45,689 nt of DNA from Desulfobacterales bacterium (GCA_046483495.1 JAWODC010000072.1:1-45689), one strand, 5' to 3'. Shown: positions 28,517 through 38,785, counted from the stretch's first letter. Translations and numbers: made by a program. Notes: generated by a model from the sequence alone, not told the origin.

Positions 28517-28963
28517 TTACAGGCCCATGCCTTTTCTGAACTGGTAGTATCCCTGGGATGCGGCAACCACATTTCCACCGGCATCCTTCAATTCGAGTGA
28601 AATGTCGTAATTGGCCTTTCCCTTTTCAATGCATTCGTCTTTGAGGCGGTCAGCCTCGGCGGTGTCCATTTGATATTCACACGTAATATCCGTGGCGGCC
28701 GGCCGCACGAATTTGATGTTAAGTTCTTTGACAATGGGGAATGTCCCCTCGACCGCCAGGTATACATGGTATACGGCACCCCCCATCACTTCGGCCAAGG
28801 TCCACAATGCACCGGCATACATGCTTCCGATGTGATTGATGTTGGGCTCGAGCGGCACCTTGATGCGAATGCCGTCGGCATCCATTTTAAGGGCCTCTAT
28901 CCCGATTCGCTCGATAAATGGAACGGTTTTTCCGAATTCTGAAATATCGATTTGGGAGTTCAT
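28517..28963 (-). CDS. Hotdog-fold thioesterase (YiiD/PaaI-like)
   Basis: NINHIGSMYAGALWTLAE, IKFVRPA; alternative start 29005. Confidence 0.85.
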   Translation of the reverse strand: MNSQIDISEFGKTVPFIERIGIEALKMDADGIRIKVPLEPNINHIGSMYAGALWTLAEVMGGAVYHVYLAVEGTFPIVKELNIKFVRPAATDITCEYQMDTAEADRLKDECIEKGKANYDISLELKDAGGNVVAASQGYYQFRKGMGL

Positions 28964-28999
28964 GTCGGTTTTCCTTTTTTTTGGCTTTTGAGTTTGGTT

Positions 29000-29020
29000 G
29001 TTCACTGTTCACTGCTCACT
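29000..29020. repeat. Heptamer array (GYTCACT)x3 overlapping a stop codon
   Basis: gttcact gttcact gctcact; contains the TGA of gene 29009..30391. Confidence 0.6.
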
Positions 29021-30391
29021 GCCCCTACGTAAATATTCCCCGTAAGCGACCGCCTTGGCCAGCGCATTGGCGCAGCGAACGGGGTCGGTGTAAACCGGTA
29101 TTCCGCTCTTCAGCAAGGTTTTGTAATCCTTTGCAACCGATTGCAGCGGATGAATGGCCGCAACGGCCATGGGCTTTCGAATCGCTTCTGCGGCCGATAT
29201 CACGGTTTGGCAAAAGTTTTCTCCCCCCAACCCGATGACTAGAATCATGTCCACGTTCTCGTCCTTGTCCAGGAGCCGAATGACATCCCCGTACATGCGG
29301 GGACTTTCTATAGCCGCTATGCTCAGATCAACGGGATTTTGGGGACTGCTGCCAAAGGGAGGAATGATCTTTCGGATTTCCTCTTCCGTCTTTTTTTGCA
29401 GAACGGGAACCTCGAGGCCGAGTGCATGACAGGTGTCCACGGTTCCAACGGCCGGTCCTCCGGGACCCGTGGCGATGGCCACCCGCCTTCCCGCAGGCGG
29501 CGCCTGGCTGTTGAACATGTAAAGGCAGTCCAGGGCTTCCTCCAGACTGCCGATGGGGATGATGCCGGACCCGTTGAATACCCCTTCCCATACATGGTGG
29601 GTCCCCGCCATGGCACCGGTGTGGGACGCCGCAGCCCTTGCCCCCGCTTCGGAGGCCCCGCACTTCCAGGCCAGAACGGGTTTCTTGCGGGTAATTTTCC
29701 GGGCGAGCTCGGAAAATGTCCGCCCGTTCCGAATGCCTTCCAGGTAGAGCAGGATTATCGCCGTATCCGGATCATCCCCGAGGTACTCGAAGAAATCCAC
29801 CGCATTCAGGTCGGCCTCGTTGCCGCAGCTGAAGGCTTTACTGAAATAGACGCCGTTTTCGGTGGCGATCCGGGTCACGAGGTCGGCAAAAGAGCCGCTT
29901 TGCGTAACGATGCCGATGCTTCCTTCGTCCATTGTCGGCCCGAGTGGGAAGGGGAACCTCGAGGAAGGGCAGTATATACCGAGGCAGTTGGGTCCGATGA
30001 TGCGTACGTTTTTTTCTCTTGCCGCATGAACCAGTTCCTGCTCCCGCCTTTTTTTGTCATCGCTTTCGAACCCGAAATCGGCCGATGTGATGATGATCCC
30101 TTTGACCCCTTTGTCGATGCAGTCCGTCACCGCCGCCGCAACCGCCTTCGGGGGCAGGAGAATATGCGCCAGGTCCACCGGGTGGGGAATGTCCGAAACG
30201 AGCGAATAGGCCTTGTACCCCAAAATTGCGTTCTCGCGGGGATTTACCGGGTACAGAGGCGTGAATCCCGCTTCGATATAGCGGTCCATGAACATCCGCC
30301 CGACTTTGCCGGGGCTTTCCGAAGCACCCACCACAGCAATGGATTCCGCTTTTATGATGTCATCGATCCGAACCAACGTTTTTCGTTTCAT
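29009..30391 (-). CDS. Acyl-CoA synthetase (NDP-forming) alpha subunit / CoA-binding protein
   Basis: IAVVGAS, YPVNP, IIGPNCLG, QSGS, GNEAD, YLEG, AAASHTGA, NPVD; no ATP-grasp domain. Confidence 0.9.
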   Translation of the reverse strand: MKRKTLVRIDDIIKAESIAVVGASESPGKVGRMFMDRYIEAGFTPLYPVNPRENAILGYKAYSLVSDIPHPVDLAHILLPPKAVAAAVTDCIDKGVKGIIITSADFGFESDDKKRREQELVHAAREKNVRIIGPNCLGIYCPSSRFPFPLGPTMDEGSIGIVTQSGSFADLVTRIATENGVYFSKAFSCGNEADLNAVDFFEYLGDDPDTAIILLYLEGIRNGRTFSELARKITRKKPVLAWKCGASEAGARAAASHTGAMAGTHHVWEGVFNGSGIIPIGSLEEALDCLYMFNSQAPPAGRRVAIATGPGGPAVGTVDTCHALGLEVPVLQKKTEEEIRKIIPPFGSSPQNPVDLSIAAIESPRMYGDVIRLLDKDENVDMILVIGLGGENFCQTVISAAEAIRKPMAVAAIHPLQSVAKDYKTLLKSGIPVYTDPVRCANALAKAVAYGEYLRRGSEQ

Positions 30392-30480
30392 ACCAAAACC
30401 TCTTGAAACCTCTTTTCAATGCCATAACAGCGAGAGCGGCGTATAGGCGTCGGCAGATATGCTATGATCCAAGGTTAAAA

Positions 30481-30559
30481 ACCACGAAGACCATGAAGAA
30501 TATAAAGGTTTTTATAAATATTTACAGTTTTTCTTCGCGCTCTTCGTGAACTTCGTGGT
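30481..30559. repeat. Inverted nonamer-repeat palindrome
   Basis: accacgaag accatgaag aatataaag ... cttcgcgct cttcgtgaa cttcgtggt. Confidence 0.75.
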
Positions 30560-30677
30560 GAATTCAAAGCCGCCAGGGGAAATGCACGACCATTCCATCT
30601 CGCTCGTCCCGCCGTCTCGCCTTTCCGGTTGGTGAATGCCCCGATGCGCTCTGCCCATAAACCCTGATGTTGAACTT

Positions 30678-32030
30678 TTATCTCCTAACTCTCAATTCAG
30701 CATTTCCATGTGTTTCCAATTCCGAATTTCGGCCTGTCTCCTGATCGGCGGTTCCGGATCCTACCCGGGCGTCTTTTACAAAGAGCGTCGAAAGAAATGC
30801 GATGGCACAGCAGGCGCAGAATACCAGCATGGCATTTCGGTACCCGGCAACGGTGAATGCATCGCCGGTTCGGCCGCTTCGCTCCAGGATGTACCCGATA
30901 AACGGCTGGAAAACGGCGCTTGCCGCAAACGGGAAGAGGTTGACTAGGCCGATTGCGGTGCCGGCGATTTGAACGGGAAACATCTCCTTTGTCGCGGTAA
31001 AACCGACGGATACAACGGCGCCGGCAAACACGCCGATACCGAAAAACAGGACAAACAGCATCGTCAATGGGATCCCGGCGGTGAATACCGTCATGGACAG
31101 GGTAATGAGGATCAACGCGAAACTGGACAACAACAAAACCGGTTTTCGGGCCTTGAAAAGATGCGTCGACAGGTAAGCCAAAACCGGGCTCCCCAGAATC
31201 ATGCCGAAGGCGAGCATGGCCAGGATATTTCCGGATTGCGTTTTGTCAAGGTTGTAAACATGCATAAGATAAGGCCCGCCCCACAACCCGCCCAGAGCGA
31301 AGAAGACGGTTGTATTGAAAAAAATCCACGACGCCATGGCCCAAAAGCGGGGGTAGGACAAAACGACAGCCACCCCCTCACGAAGGGTGATGACCTGTTT
31401 GGGAGGGCCGGGATATGTGACCGCCGAATGAACAGCGTCCCGATCCTGTGGCCGATCGCTTACGATCAGCCACGTCAGCACACTCAATACAAACGTAACA
31501 GCTCCAATGAAAACAAAGGACATCCGCCAGCCGATCCATGAACTCATCCATGCCAGGGGTGTCGCGGAAATCAACGATCCGAAGCCGCCGACGGCGATGA
31601 ACAAACCGCTTACCGTTGCATACTCATCGGCATCGAACCATTCCGAAAAAACCTTCATGGCGGGAACGAACAGCATCGATACGCCGAGTCCGACCAGGGT
31701 TCGCCCGATGATCGCGATCGCCGTTGAAGGCGCCAACCCCAGCAGCAGGGAACCGGCACATGCGATCAGCAGAAAGAGGGACACCGTTTTTCTGGCCCCC
31801 CAGGAATCGGATAAAAGCCCCGCCGGCAGCTGCATAACGGCATACGGATAAAAATAGGCGGATCCCAGAAACCCGATCAGTGCCCCGCCGGCATTCAGGT
31901 CGCGCATCATATCCAGCGCCAGAATCGCCGGACAAAGCCGATGAAAATAGACGATGATATATCCCAGGCCCAGAACGCCGAATATGATCCACCGGTAATG
32001 AAGCGATCGTTCAGATGTTGACGGTTTCAA
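30678..32030 (-). CDS. MFS transporter
   Basis: YRWIIF...YFHRL, YFYPYAVMQLPAGLLSDSWGAR, GWRMSF; likely TTG start at 32030 behind GGAGG. Confidence 0.88.
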   Translation of the reverse strand: MKPSTSERSLHYRWIIFGVLGLGYIIVYFHRLCPAILALDMMRDLNAGGALIGFLGSAYFYPYAVMQLPAGLLSDSWGARKTVSLFLLIACAGSLLLGLAPSTAIAIIGRTLVGLGVSMLFVPAMKVFSEWFDADEYATVSGLFIAVGGFGSLISATPLAWMSSWIGWRMSFVFIGAVTFVLSVLTWLIVSDRPQDRDAVHSAVTYPGPPKQVITLREGVAVVLSYPRFWAMASWIFFNTTVFFALGGLWGGPYLMHVYNLDKTQSGNILAMLAFGMILGSPVLAYLSTHLFKARKPVLLLSSFALILITLSMTVFTAGIPLTMLFVLFFGIGVFAGAVVSVGFTATKEMFPVQIAGTAIGLVNLFPFAASAVFQPFIGYILERSGRTGDAFTVAGYRNAMLVFCACCAIAFLSTLFVKDARVGSGTADQETGRNSELETHGNAELRVRR

Positions 32031-32275
32031 CCCTATCCTCCGGTTGATATGAATGTCACACCGGCCCCCGTTTTGAAAAACGTTTCGGGGCGCCGCCGGG
32101 ACTGTCCGGCAGGTTTGCAACGGGCAGCGATTCACCAGGTTTGGCATCGGAAATGCTTCGGCAGGCATGAACCGGTTTACAAGCGGAAACAGCAGGCATT
32201 TTCTTGTGTTCAGGACAAACCACACACGGCCCGGGAAGAAAACATGGCGCCGATCAGCCGTTTCCGGATGAGCAC

Positions 32276-32305
32276 AATCTAAAGAGGTTTCACGTCCACT
32301 GTCAA
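32276..32305 (-). promoter_or_regulatory. Sigma-70-like promoter for the MFS gene
   Basis: Minus strand TTGACA-N18-TAGATT. Confidence 0.45.
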
Positions 32306-32316
32306 GGTTCTTTTTT

Positions 32317-32378
32317 GGATCGTTATGATCGTTAGGATGGTTTAGAGCGTTTAGAGCGTCCAACGATCTTAACGATCC
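32317..32378. repeat. Nonamer array with inverted terminal arms
   Basis: gatcgttat gatcgttag gatggttta gagcgttta gagcgtcca; 32317-32333 is the reverse complement of 32362-32378 (1 mismatch). Confidence 0.7.
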
Positions 32379-32518
32379 CTTTTCACTGCTTGACAAATCG
32401 TGCCGCTTTCATTATGCAGAAAAGCTGGTTGCACCTATCGATTTCTTTTCGTTAACGGCATTAAAGATTTATTTTTCGCCATTCAATGACTCTCTTTCTT
32501 TCAGGAGATTCAGAATCC

Positions 32519-33958
32519 GTGAACCGACATATCAGCCATCCGCTGGATGCTATTTTCAAACCGCGGTCCGTGGCGGTTATCGGCGCCTCGAATACACCCG
32601 GAAGATGGGGCTACGACACCATGATGAGTATCCTTGCGTACAGCCGGTTCCGGGGAAGCGTATATCCCGTTCATCCGCGGGACGGATACGTTTTCGGATT
32701 GCCTGCCTATTCATCCGTAGCCGATATACCGGAACCTGTCGATCTTGCCGTTATCGTGGTCAATGCGGATCAGGCGGTTCGGGTATTTCGCCAATGCGTG
32801 GATAAAAAGGTCGGCGGCGCCGTTATCATTACCGCCGGATTCGCTGAAACCGGCCCGGAAGGAAGCCGGCTTCAAGAGCAGTTGTCCATGCTTTCCCGTA
32901 AGCATCGCATTCCCTTTGTCGGGCCGAACTGCATGGGTATCTGGACATCCTCGGTCGGGCTGAACCTGTGTTTCAACAAACCCGTCGCCTCCGGGCCTAT
33001 CGCCTTTGTATCACAGAGCGGTACCATGGGCGATTATTTGTTCGATGTTTCCCAGGCAAGAAAATACGGGTTCGCCACGTTTGTCAGCTCCGGAAATCAG
33101 GCTTCCCTGGATGTCTGTGATTACCTCGAGTATCTTGGCGATGATGATGAAAGCCGGGTCATCGTCCTCTACCTGGAAGGCGTTAAAGACGGTCGGCGGT
33201 TCATCGAGGCGGCCCGCAACGCCGCCCGGAAAAAGCCCGTGCTGGCATATAAAATCGGACGGACGGATGCCGGCGCACGGGCGGCCGCCACTCACACGGC
33301 ATCCATTACCGGCAGCAGCGACCTTTTCGAAGCGGCATGCCGACAGGCCGGTTTGATCCTTTGCGACCACATGCTTGAAATGTTCGACTTTGCCGAAGCC
33401 CTGGGCAACCAGCCGCTGCCTGCAGGAAACCGGGTCGGTATTGCATCCGGCGGCGGCGGATTCTGTGTGGTGACGGCCGAGGCCTGTGCAAAAGCGGGAT
33501 TGCAGGTGCCGGTTCTCGATGATGACGCCCAACATCGCATTCGCGAACATGTGTATGACTATTCACCGAAGCCCGCGAATCCGGTGGACCTGATTGCGCG
33601 CAAGGGGCATTCGGCCTACGCAAACGTGATCGACATCATGGCCGCCCGGGATTATATCGACGGCCTGATTATTATGCCCCCCTACGGCACAATCAGCAGA
33701 AAATCATCTCCGGAAGTGATGAAAGAACTGGTGGACTGCTGCGCAGCGATTTCCGACATCCCCGGAAAATACGGCAAACCGGTGCTGGCATTTGCCATGA
33801 GGGAGTACAGCGAAACGGCCATGTATGAAATTTTGAAAAGGGGTGATATCCCCTTTTTCGAATCCCCCGAGACCTGTGCCCGCACCATGAAGACCATGTT
33901 CGATTACGCCCGTTTCACGATTTTTCACACCGGTTCGCCAAGCCGTTATAATGGTTGA
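32519..33958 (+). CDS. Second acyl-CoA synthetase (NDP-forming) alpha subunit / CoA-binding protein
   Basis: FKPRSVAVIGAS, TAGFAE, GPNCMG, VSQSG, YLEG, AAATHTAS, NPVD; GTG start behind AGGAG (alternative 32486). Confidence 0.9.
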   Translation: MNRHISHPLDAIFKPRSVAVIGASNTPGRWGYDTMMSILAYSRFRGSVYPVHPRDGYVFGLPAYSSVADIPEPVDLAVIVVNADQAVRVFRQCVDKKVGGAVIITAGFAETGPEGSRLQEQLSMLSRKHRIPFVGPNCMGIWTSSVGLNLCFNKPVASGPIAFVSQSGTMGDYLFDVSQARKYGFATFVSSGNQASLDVCDYLEYLGDDDESRVIVLYLEGVKDGRRFIEAARNAARKKPVLAYKIGRTDAGARAAATHTASITGSSDLFEAACRQAGLILCDHMLEMFDFAEALGNQPLPAGNRVGIASGGGGFCVVTAEACAKAGLQVPVLDDDAQHRIREHVYDYSPKPANPVDLIARKGHSAYANVIDIMAARDYIDGLIIMPPYGTISRKSSPEVMKELVDCCAAISDIPGKYGKPVLAFAMREYSETAMYEILKRGDIPFFESPETCARTMKTMFDYARFTIFHTGSPSRYNG

Positions 33959-34298
33959 TTAACTTTCTATAGCATATCAAATCCTGTTTAAAAAAGCCAA
34001 ATTACGCCGCGTTTGCTGTTTCATTTTCATTGACAAACGGCTCATTTTGTAGTCAATTAGGAATATCATGAGCAAATCGCCGGAAACCAATTAAAGCACC
34101 ACAAGATAAATCAATACGCAATGTCAATTCCAGGAGCCGTTTGAAAAGGAATCGGCATCAATCTTCAGTTTCTTTGCGCTGAGCTGAAAGCGCTTTTTTG
34201 GTATGCGGCGGCTTGCACCAAAACCAGGGGGGCGAACCGTACGCCTTTTGCAGTGAGCGAGTTTAATCTTTTTTTCAACAACGATGAGGAGTGGAAAA

Positions 34299-35624
34299 AT
34301 GAAGAAGGTGATCAGATGCGTGTTTGTGGGAATGGTATTATGGGGAGGCCTTTTTTGGGGATGCGGTGATATCCAGGCGGAAACGCTGAAAGAAGCCGTT
34401 GCGCTTGTTCTGCAGACAAATCCTGAAATCGAAGCCCAGGCTTACAACCGGTTGGCCGTAACCCAGGAAATTATCGCGGCCAAATCCGGGTATTATCCAC
34501 GATTGGATTTTTTCCAGTCGGTCGGTGTCGGTGATGAACAGTTTCCGGATTACAGAAGATCCTGGCCGACGGAAACGATCATTTCGCTGCGGCAAAACCT
34601 TTTTCGGGGGTTTATGGACTACCATGAAGTGCAGCGCCAGGAAAACCGGATGATTTCTTCGGCCTACCGCCTCCAGGAAATCGCCGAAAACACCGCCCTC
34701 GAAGGGGCCAGGGTTTACTTGAATGTTCTTCGTCAAATGGAGCTCGATGAGTTGGCCGAGCTGAACCTGGCCAATCATCAGCGCATTTACGATCAGATCA
34801 AATTAAGGACGGAATCCGGGGTGGACCGCAGGGCCGATCTCGATCAGGTGTTGGGGCGGCTGGCCCTGGCCCGGTCCAACACGGTCGCCACCCAGGCCAA
34901 TCTGATCGACGCGAATACCGATTACCTGTCGGTAATCGGTCACCTGCCGGAAAACCTGCAATTCCCGGAACCGGTGGTCGAGATGATTCCCGAAAACCTT
35001 AAAAAGGCGCAGGCGATCGCACTGGATGAATACCCCCTGGTTCTTTCGGCAGCCGCCGACGTCTCGGCGAGAAAGGCCCAGCATAAGGTTGCCAAAGGGT
35101 TGTATTCACCCACTTTCGATGCTGCCGTCGAGTACCATTGGACGGATGACCTCGAGTATTTCGACGACAACAGGGAGGAATTTGTCGCTTCTCTCCTGAT
35201 CAATTTCAATTTGTTCAACGGCTTTTATAAACCGGCTAAAGTGGCGGAAGCAGCCTATCTCATCCGGGAAGCGCAGGAGATAAAGAATAACACCCAGCGC
35301 CAGGTGACTGAATCCGTCCGCCTGTCCTGGATGGCCTATATTGCCGCCAAAGACAAATTGAAGCACATGGAAAACTATGTCGCCGCTACCCAATTGACCC
35401 GGGAAGCCTTCGCGAAGCAGTGGACCATCGGGCAGCGCACCATGTTCGACGTCCTGGATATCGAGGCGGAACTGATCGATGCGAAAAGGCAACTGGTCGA
35501 AACACGCTACGATCACGTGTTTGCCCAATACCGGGTACTAAACGCCATGGGCAAACTGGTGCCGGCTTTTGGTCTGGAGCGGCCGGGTGAAGGCATCGTT
35601 ACCGCGTCAATGGATACGCCGTAA
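34299..35624 (+). CDS. T1SS outer membrane protein, LapE/AggA-like TolC
   Basis: GAGGAG RBS; signal peptide; ETLKEAV...TNPEI; SGYYP; IGQRTMFDVLD; heads the Lap cluster. Confidence 0.9.
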   Translation: MKKVIRCVFVGMVLWGGLFWGCGDIQAETLKEAVALVLQTNPEIEAQAYNRLAVTQEIIAAKSGYYPRLDFFQSVGVGDEQFPDYRRSWPTETIISLRQNLFRGFMDYHEVQRQENRMISSAYRLQEIAENTALEGARVYLNVLRQMELDELAELNLANHQRIYDQIKLRTESGVDRRADLDQVLGRLALARSNTVATQANLIDANTDYLSVIGHLPENLQFPEPVVEMIPENLKKAQAIALDEYPLVLSAAADVSARKAQHKVAKGLYSPTFDAAVEYHWTDDLEYFDDNREEFVASLLINFNLFNGFYKPAKVAEAAYLIREAQEIKNNTQRQVTESVRLSWMAYIAAKDKLKHMENYVAATQLTREAFAKQWTIGQRTMFDVLDIEAELIDAKRQLVETRYDHVFAQYRVLNAMGKLVPAFGLERPGEGIVTASMDTP

Positions 35625-35663
35625 ATCATCACGTAGGAGCGGAGCGTTAAAACCGGTCGTAAA

Positions 35664-35700
35664 CGGGGCGGATGGAAGGATTCATTTGCCCCGCTCTTTT
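35664..35700 (+). terminator. Hairpin/terminator between the TolC and LapG-like genes
   Basis: CGGGGCGGATG...CATTTGCCCCG followed by ctctttt. Confidence 0.5.
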
Positions 35701-35740
35701 CTATCGGCATGTGAGGCAATTGTTTTTCCGGTTCCAGCCA

Positions 35741-36418
35741 ATGGCGACCTTAATGATGATGCCAAAAAAGATCCGGCAGGTTTGGGGTGTTTTGATATTT
35801 TTTTCTTGTCTCATTGCCGCCGGTTCCGTTTTCACGGATGAACCCTTCAGCCTTCCAGAGGCTGTTCTCGATCAGGCCGCCGAAAAATACGGCCCGGAAT
35901 CCCGTGCTTTGCTCGTTTGCTGGCAGGAACTCATCCGTCGGAACGGCTGTGAATCGGATACGGAAAAGCTTCAGGCAGTGAATGCCTTTTTCAACCGGAT
36001 GGCATTCGTCAATGATATCGTCCATTGGGGCAAGAAAGACTATTGGGCGACGCCGATCGAATTTCTTGCCACCCGCGGGGGAGACTGTGAAGATTTTTCC
36101 ATTGCCAAGTACTTCACACTCAAAGCAATGGGAATCAGTGAAGACAAACTCAATCTGTGTTATGTCAAAGCCCTCCGGTACAATATGGCCCACATGGTCC
36201 TGACCTATTACGAGTCGCCGAAAGCGGAGCCGCTGGTGCTCGACAATCTAACCGATGAGATCCTTCCATCATCGAAACGGACGGACCTGATACCCATATT
36301 CAGCTTTAACGGTTCAGGTTTATGGCTGGCCAAACAGCGTGGAAAAGGCAGGCAGGCAGGCAGCAGCAGCCGTATTACGGCATGGAAACATCTTTTACAG
36401 AAAATGGATCCGGATTGA
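35741..36418 (+). CDS. lapG: Transglutaminase-like periplasmic cysteine protease
   Basis: DYWATPIEFL, GDCEDF (Cys), AHMVL (His), LVLDN (Asp), R.DL.P..SFN; start uncertain. Confidence 0.9.
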   Translation: MATLMMMPKKIRQVWGVLIFFSCLIAAGSVFTDEPFSLPEAVLDQAAEKYGPESRALLVCWQELIRRNGCESDTEKLQAVNAFFNRMAFVNDIVHWGKKDYWATPIEFLATRGGDCEDFSIAKYFTLKAMGISEDKLNLCYVKALRYNMAHMVLTYYESPKAEPLVLDNLTDEILPSSKRTDLIPIFSFNGSGLWLAKQRGKGRQAGSSSRITAWKHLLQKMDPD

Positions 36419-36434
36419 TGGTTGAGGTGCGCAT

Positions 36435-38393
36435 ATGACCCTTTTCAGGCAGCTTATTCTTTTTACGCTTGTGCTTTTTTTCCTGCTATTTACCGGTTCC
36501 TGGCTGGTCAAACTCAGCAGCACCCGCACATTTCTCATCGACCAGCTCGAATCCCATGCCCAGGATACGGCCACATCGCTCGGATTATCCATCACCCTGC
36601 ATATCGATGATGAAGCCATGATCGAGACCATGGTCAACGCGGTATTCGATCAAGGATATTATCAATACATACGGGTCATCGACACACAAGACCATGTGAT
36701 CATTAACCGTGTTCTCCCCATAGAATTCGAAAAGGTACCGCAATGGTTCATTCGGCTGGTCGATCTTTCTGCACCGGAAGCGGAAGCGCATATCATGTCC
36801 GGCTGGCTGCATGCCGGAACCGTTTACGTAAAAAGCCACCCCGGTTATGCCTACAAAACACTCTGGGAAGATGTCGTTCGCATGACCGTTTGGTTTGCCT
36901 TGTGCGGCATTGTCGTGCTCACTGTCGGCGGGGCAGGTATTCGAATTCTGTTAAGGCCCCTGAAGCGCGTTCAACACCAGGCGGAAGCCCTTTCCAACCG
37001 GCAGTATGAAATCCAGAAAAAACTGCCGCGGACCCGGGAGCTGCGCAGCGTTGTCGAGACGATGAACAAACTGACCCGGAAGGTAAAGGAAATGTTCGAA
37101 GAACAGGCTTCCTACGCCCACCGCTTGAGGGAGCATGCCTATAGCGATTCCCTGACCGGGCTGGGGAACCGCCGATATTTCAAAAGCCAGATCAACGCAA
37201 GACTCGATCGTCGGGACAGCGATACGAAGAACGTCCTTTTGTTAATTCAACTCAACGACCTGCAGCAGCTGAATATCGAGAGGGGCTTTCAGGCGGGCGA
37301 CGCGTTGTTGAAGCGCACCGCCGACCTGCTCCGGGAATGCACAAAAACATATCCGAACAGCATCCTCGCGCGCCTTACGGGCGGCGATTTCAGCATCTTT
37401 ATTCCGGATGCGGCATTTTGGGATGCCGAATCCATCGCTAAGGCGGTGACCGGGCGCCTCAGTCGTTTGTTTGCTGAAAATGCGGCACTCACTGACAATA
37501 TCGGCCATGTAGGCGCGTCCGTCCATGACATTCCCACCACTCCGGCCCGGCTGATGGCCGAAGCGGACCTCGCGCTTCGAACCGCTCAAAAATCCGGACC
37601 CAATATGTGGGAAATCAGGGCCATAAAGGAAGCGTCCGAAAAAATGCCGCTCGGCCAACAGGGCTGGAAAGAATTGATCCGGGAGACAATTCACCGGCAA
37701 AACATCCATATTTACGCTCAGCCGGTGGTCAGGGCGGATGACCGCCAACGCGTCATTCACAAAGAGGTTTTTTCAAAAATCAGTACACAAGGCGGCGAAC
37801 TGATCAGCGCCGGTATTTTCCTGCCGTTTTCGGAACGGTTCGGCATGATTTCCGCGATAGACCGCATGGTGCTTGCAAACGTTATGACGCTTGCAGGCAA
37901 CGAACCGGAAATGGACCCGGTCGCCGTAAATGTTTCACCCACTTCCTTGCTGGACCGGGAATTTACCGACTGGATTGCCGAAGCACTGGCGGCATTTCCA
38001 TCATCCATGCCCCGCATCCACTTCGAATTTTCAGAATACGGCGCTATTCAGCAGATCAACCGTGTTAAGGAATTCGGCTCACTGGTGCGCCGGTACGGCC
38101 ATGCATTGGGGTTGGATCACTATGGGCAAAGTTTTACAAAGCTCGGGTACCTTCAGTCACTGCGGCCGGATTACGTAAAGATAGATCGCGCTTACACCGG
38201 TGAATTGAAAAGCGAAGACAACGACAGCCGGTTCTTTATCGGATCGTTATGCTCGGTCGCACACAGTCTGGATATCCTGGTGGTTGCAGAGGGTGTTGAA
38301 GATGAACAGCAGTCTCGTATTCTGCAAGACCTGAATATCGACGGCATTCAGGGTTACGTTATTGCAAAGCCCGAACGAATCGGCACCTCATGA
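36435..38393 (+). CDS. lapD: c-di-GMP receptor: periplasmic output domain + HAMP + degenerate GGDEF + degenerate EAL
   Basis: MTLFRQL, QLESHAQDTATSLGLS, SGW loop, RLTGGDF in place of GGDEF, LDHYG in place of DDFG; directly after lapG. Confidence 0.9.
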   Translation: MTLFRQLILFTLVLFFLLFTGSWLVKLSSTRTFLIDQLESHAQDTATSLGLSITLHIDDEAMIETMVNAVFDQGYYQYIRVIDTQDHVIINRVLPIEFEKVPQWFIRLVDLSAPEAEAHIMSGWLHAGTVYVKSHPGYAYKTLWEDVVRMTVWFALCGIVVLTVGGAGIRILLRPLKRVQHQAEALSNRQYEIQKKLPRTRELRSVVETMNKLTRKVKEMFEEQASYAHRLREHAYSDSLTGLGNRRYFKSQINARLDRRDSDTKNVLLLIQLNDLQQLNIERGFQAGDALLKRTADLLRECTKTYPNSILARLTGGDFSIFIPDAAFWDAESIAKAVTGRLSRLFAENAALTDNIGHVGASVHDIPTTPARLMAEADLALRTAQKSGPNMWEIRAIKEASEKMPLGQQGWKELIRETIHRQNIHIYAQPVVRADDRQRVIHKEVFSKISTQGGELISAGIFLPFSERFGMISAIDRMVLANVMTLAGNEPEMDPVAVNVSPTSLLDREFTDWIAEALAAFPSSMPRIHFEFSEYGAIQQINRVKEFGSLVRRYGHALGLDHYGQSFTKLGYLQSLRPDYVKIDRAYTGELKSEDNDSRFFIGSLCSVAHSLDILVVAEGVEDEQQSRILQDLNIDGIQGYVIAKPERIGTS

Positions 38394-38455
38394 TATACAG
38401 GTTATCATTCAACTTTCAGGGTTGATGAGCACGCGGTTGACCATCGAATGCGGGG

Positions 38456-38785
38456 TCATAAAATATCGTCGACCACGATGTTTTGCGTCGACAGTTTTTC
38501 CCGAATGTGCCGGCGTTCGATAATTTTTTCCCTGGCCACTTTGGGAAGTTCCATAAAATGGATGATGTTCTTGCGGACCAAAAGATCGATGAGATCCTCG
38601 ATGATACGAACAGCACCCGAGTCCGAAAGCGACAGCAGCTGCATGTATGCGTCCGAATTCGTAGTGTTCTCGATAAACGCCAGGACCTCGTCATCCATTA
38701 CCGTTTTTTGTTCATCGACGCCGGGTTTCGGTTGTTTGTGCAGCGAAATGATTTTCCCATCCCGGTCTCGTTCTACATACAGCAT
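38456..38785 (-). CDS. Small hypothetical protein within the Lap/T1SS cluster
   Basis: GGAGG RBS; MLYVERDRDGKI...LSLSD..VRIIEDLIDLLV.KNII.F.ELP..A.EK. Confidence 0.75.
   Translation of the reverse strand: MLYVERDRDGKIISLHKQPKPGVDEQKTVMDDEVLAFIENTTNSDAYMQLLSLSDSGAVRIIEDLIDLLVRKNIIHFMELPKVAREKIIERRHIREKLSTQNIVVDDIL

Noticed and set aside
32031..32396. N-terminal extension of the MFS ORF (572-aa call)
   Set aside because: Runs through promoter and repeat DNA; RBS and MFS-like sequence begin at 32030
33960..34298. c-di-GMP (GEMM) riboswitch upstream of the Lap cluster
   Set aside because: Hairpins are present but the GEMM consensus elements are not recognisable
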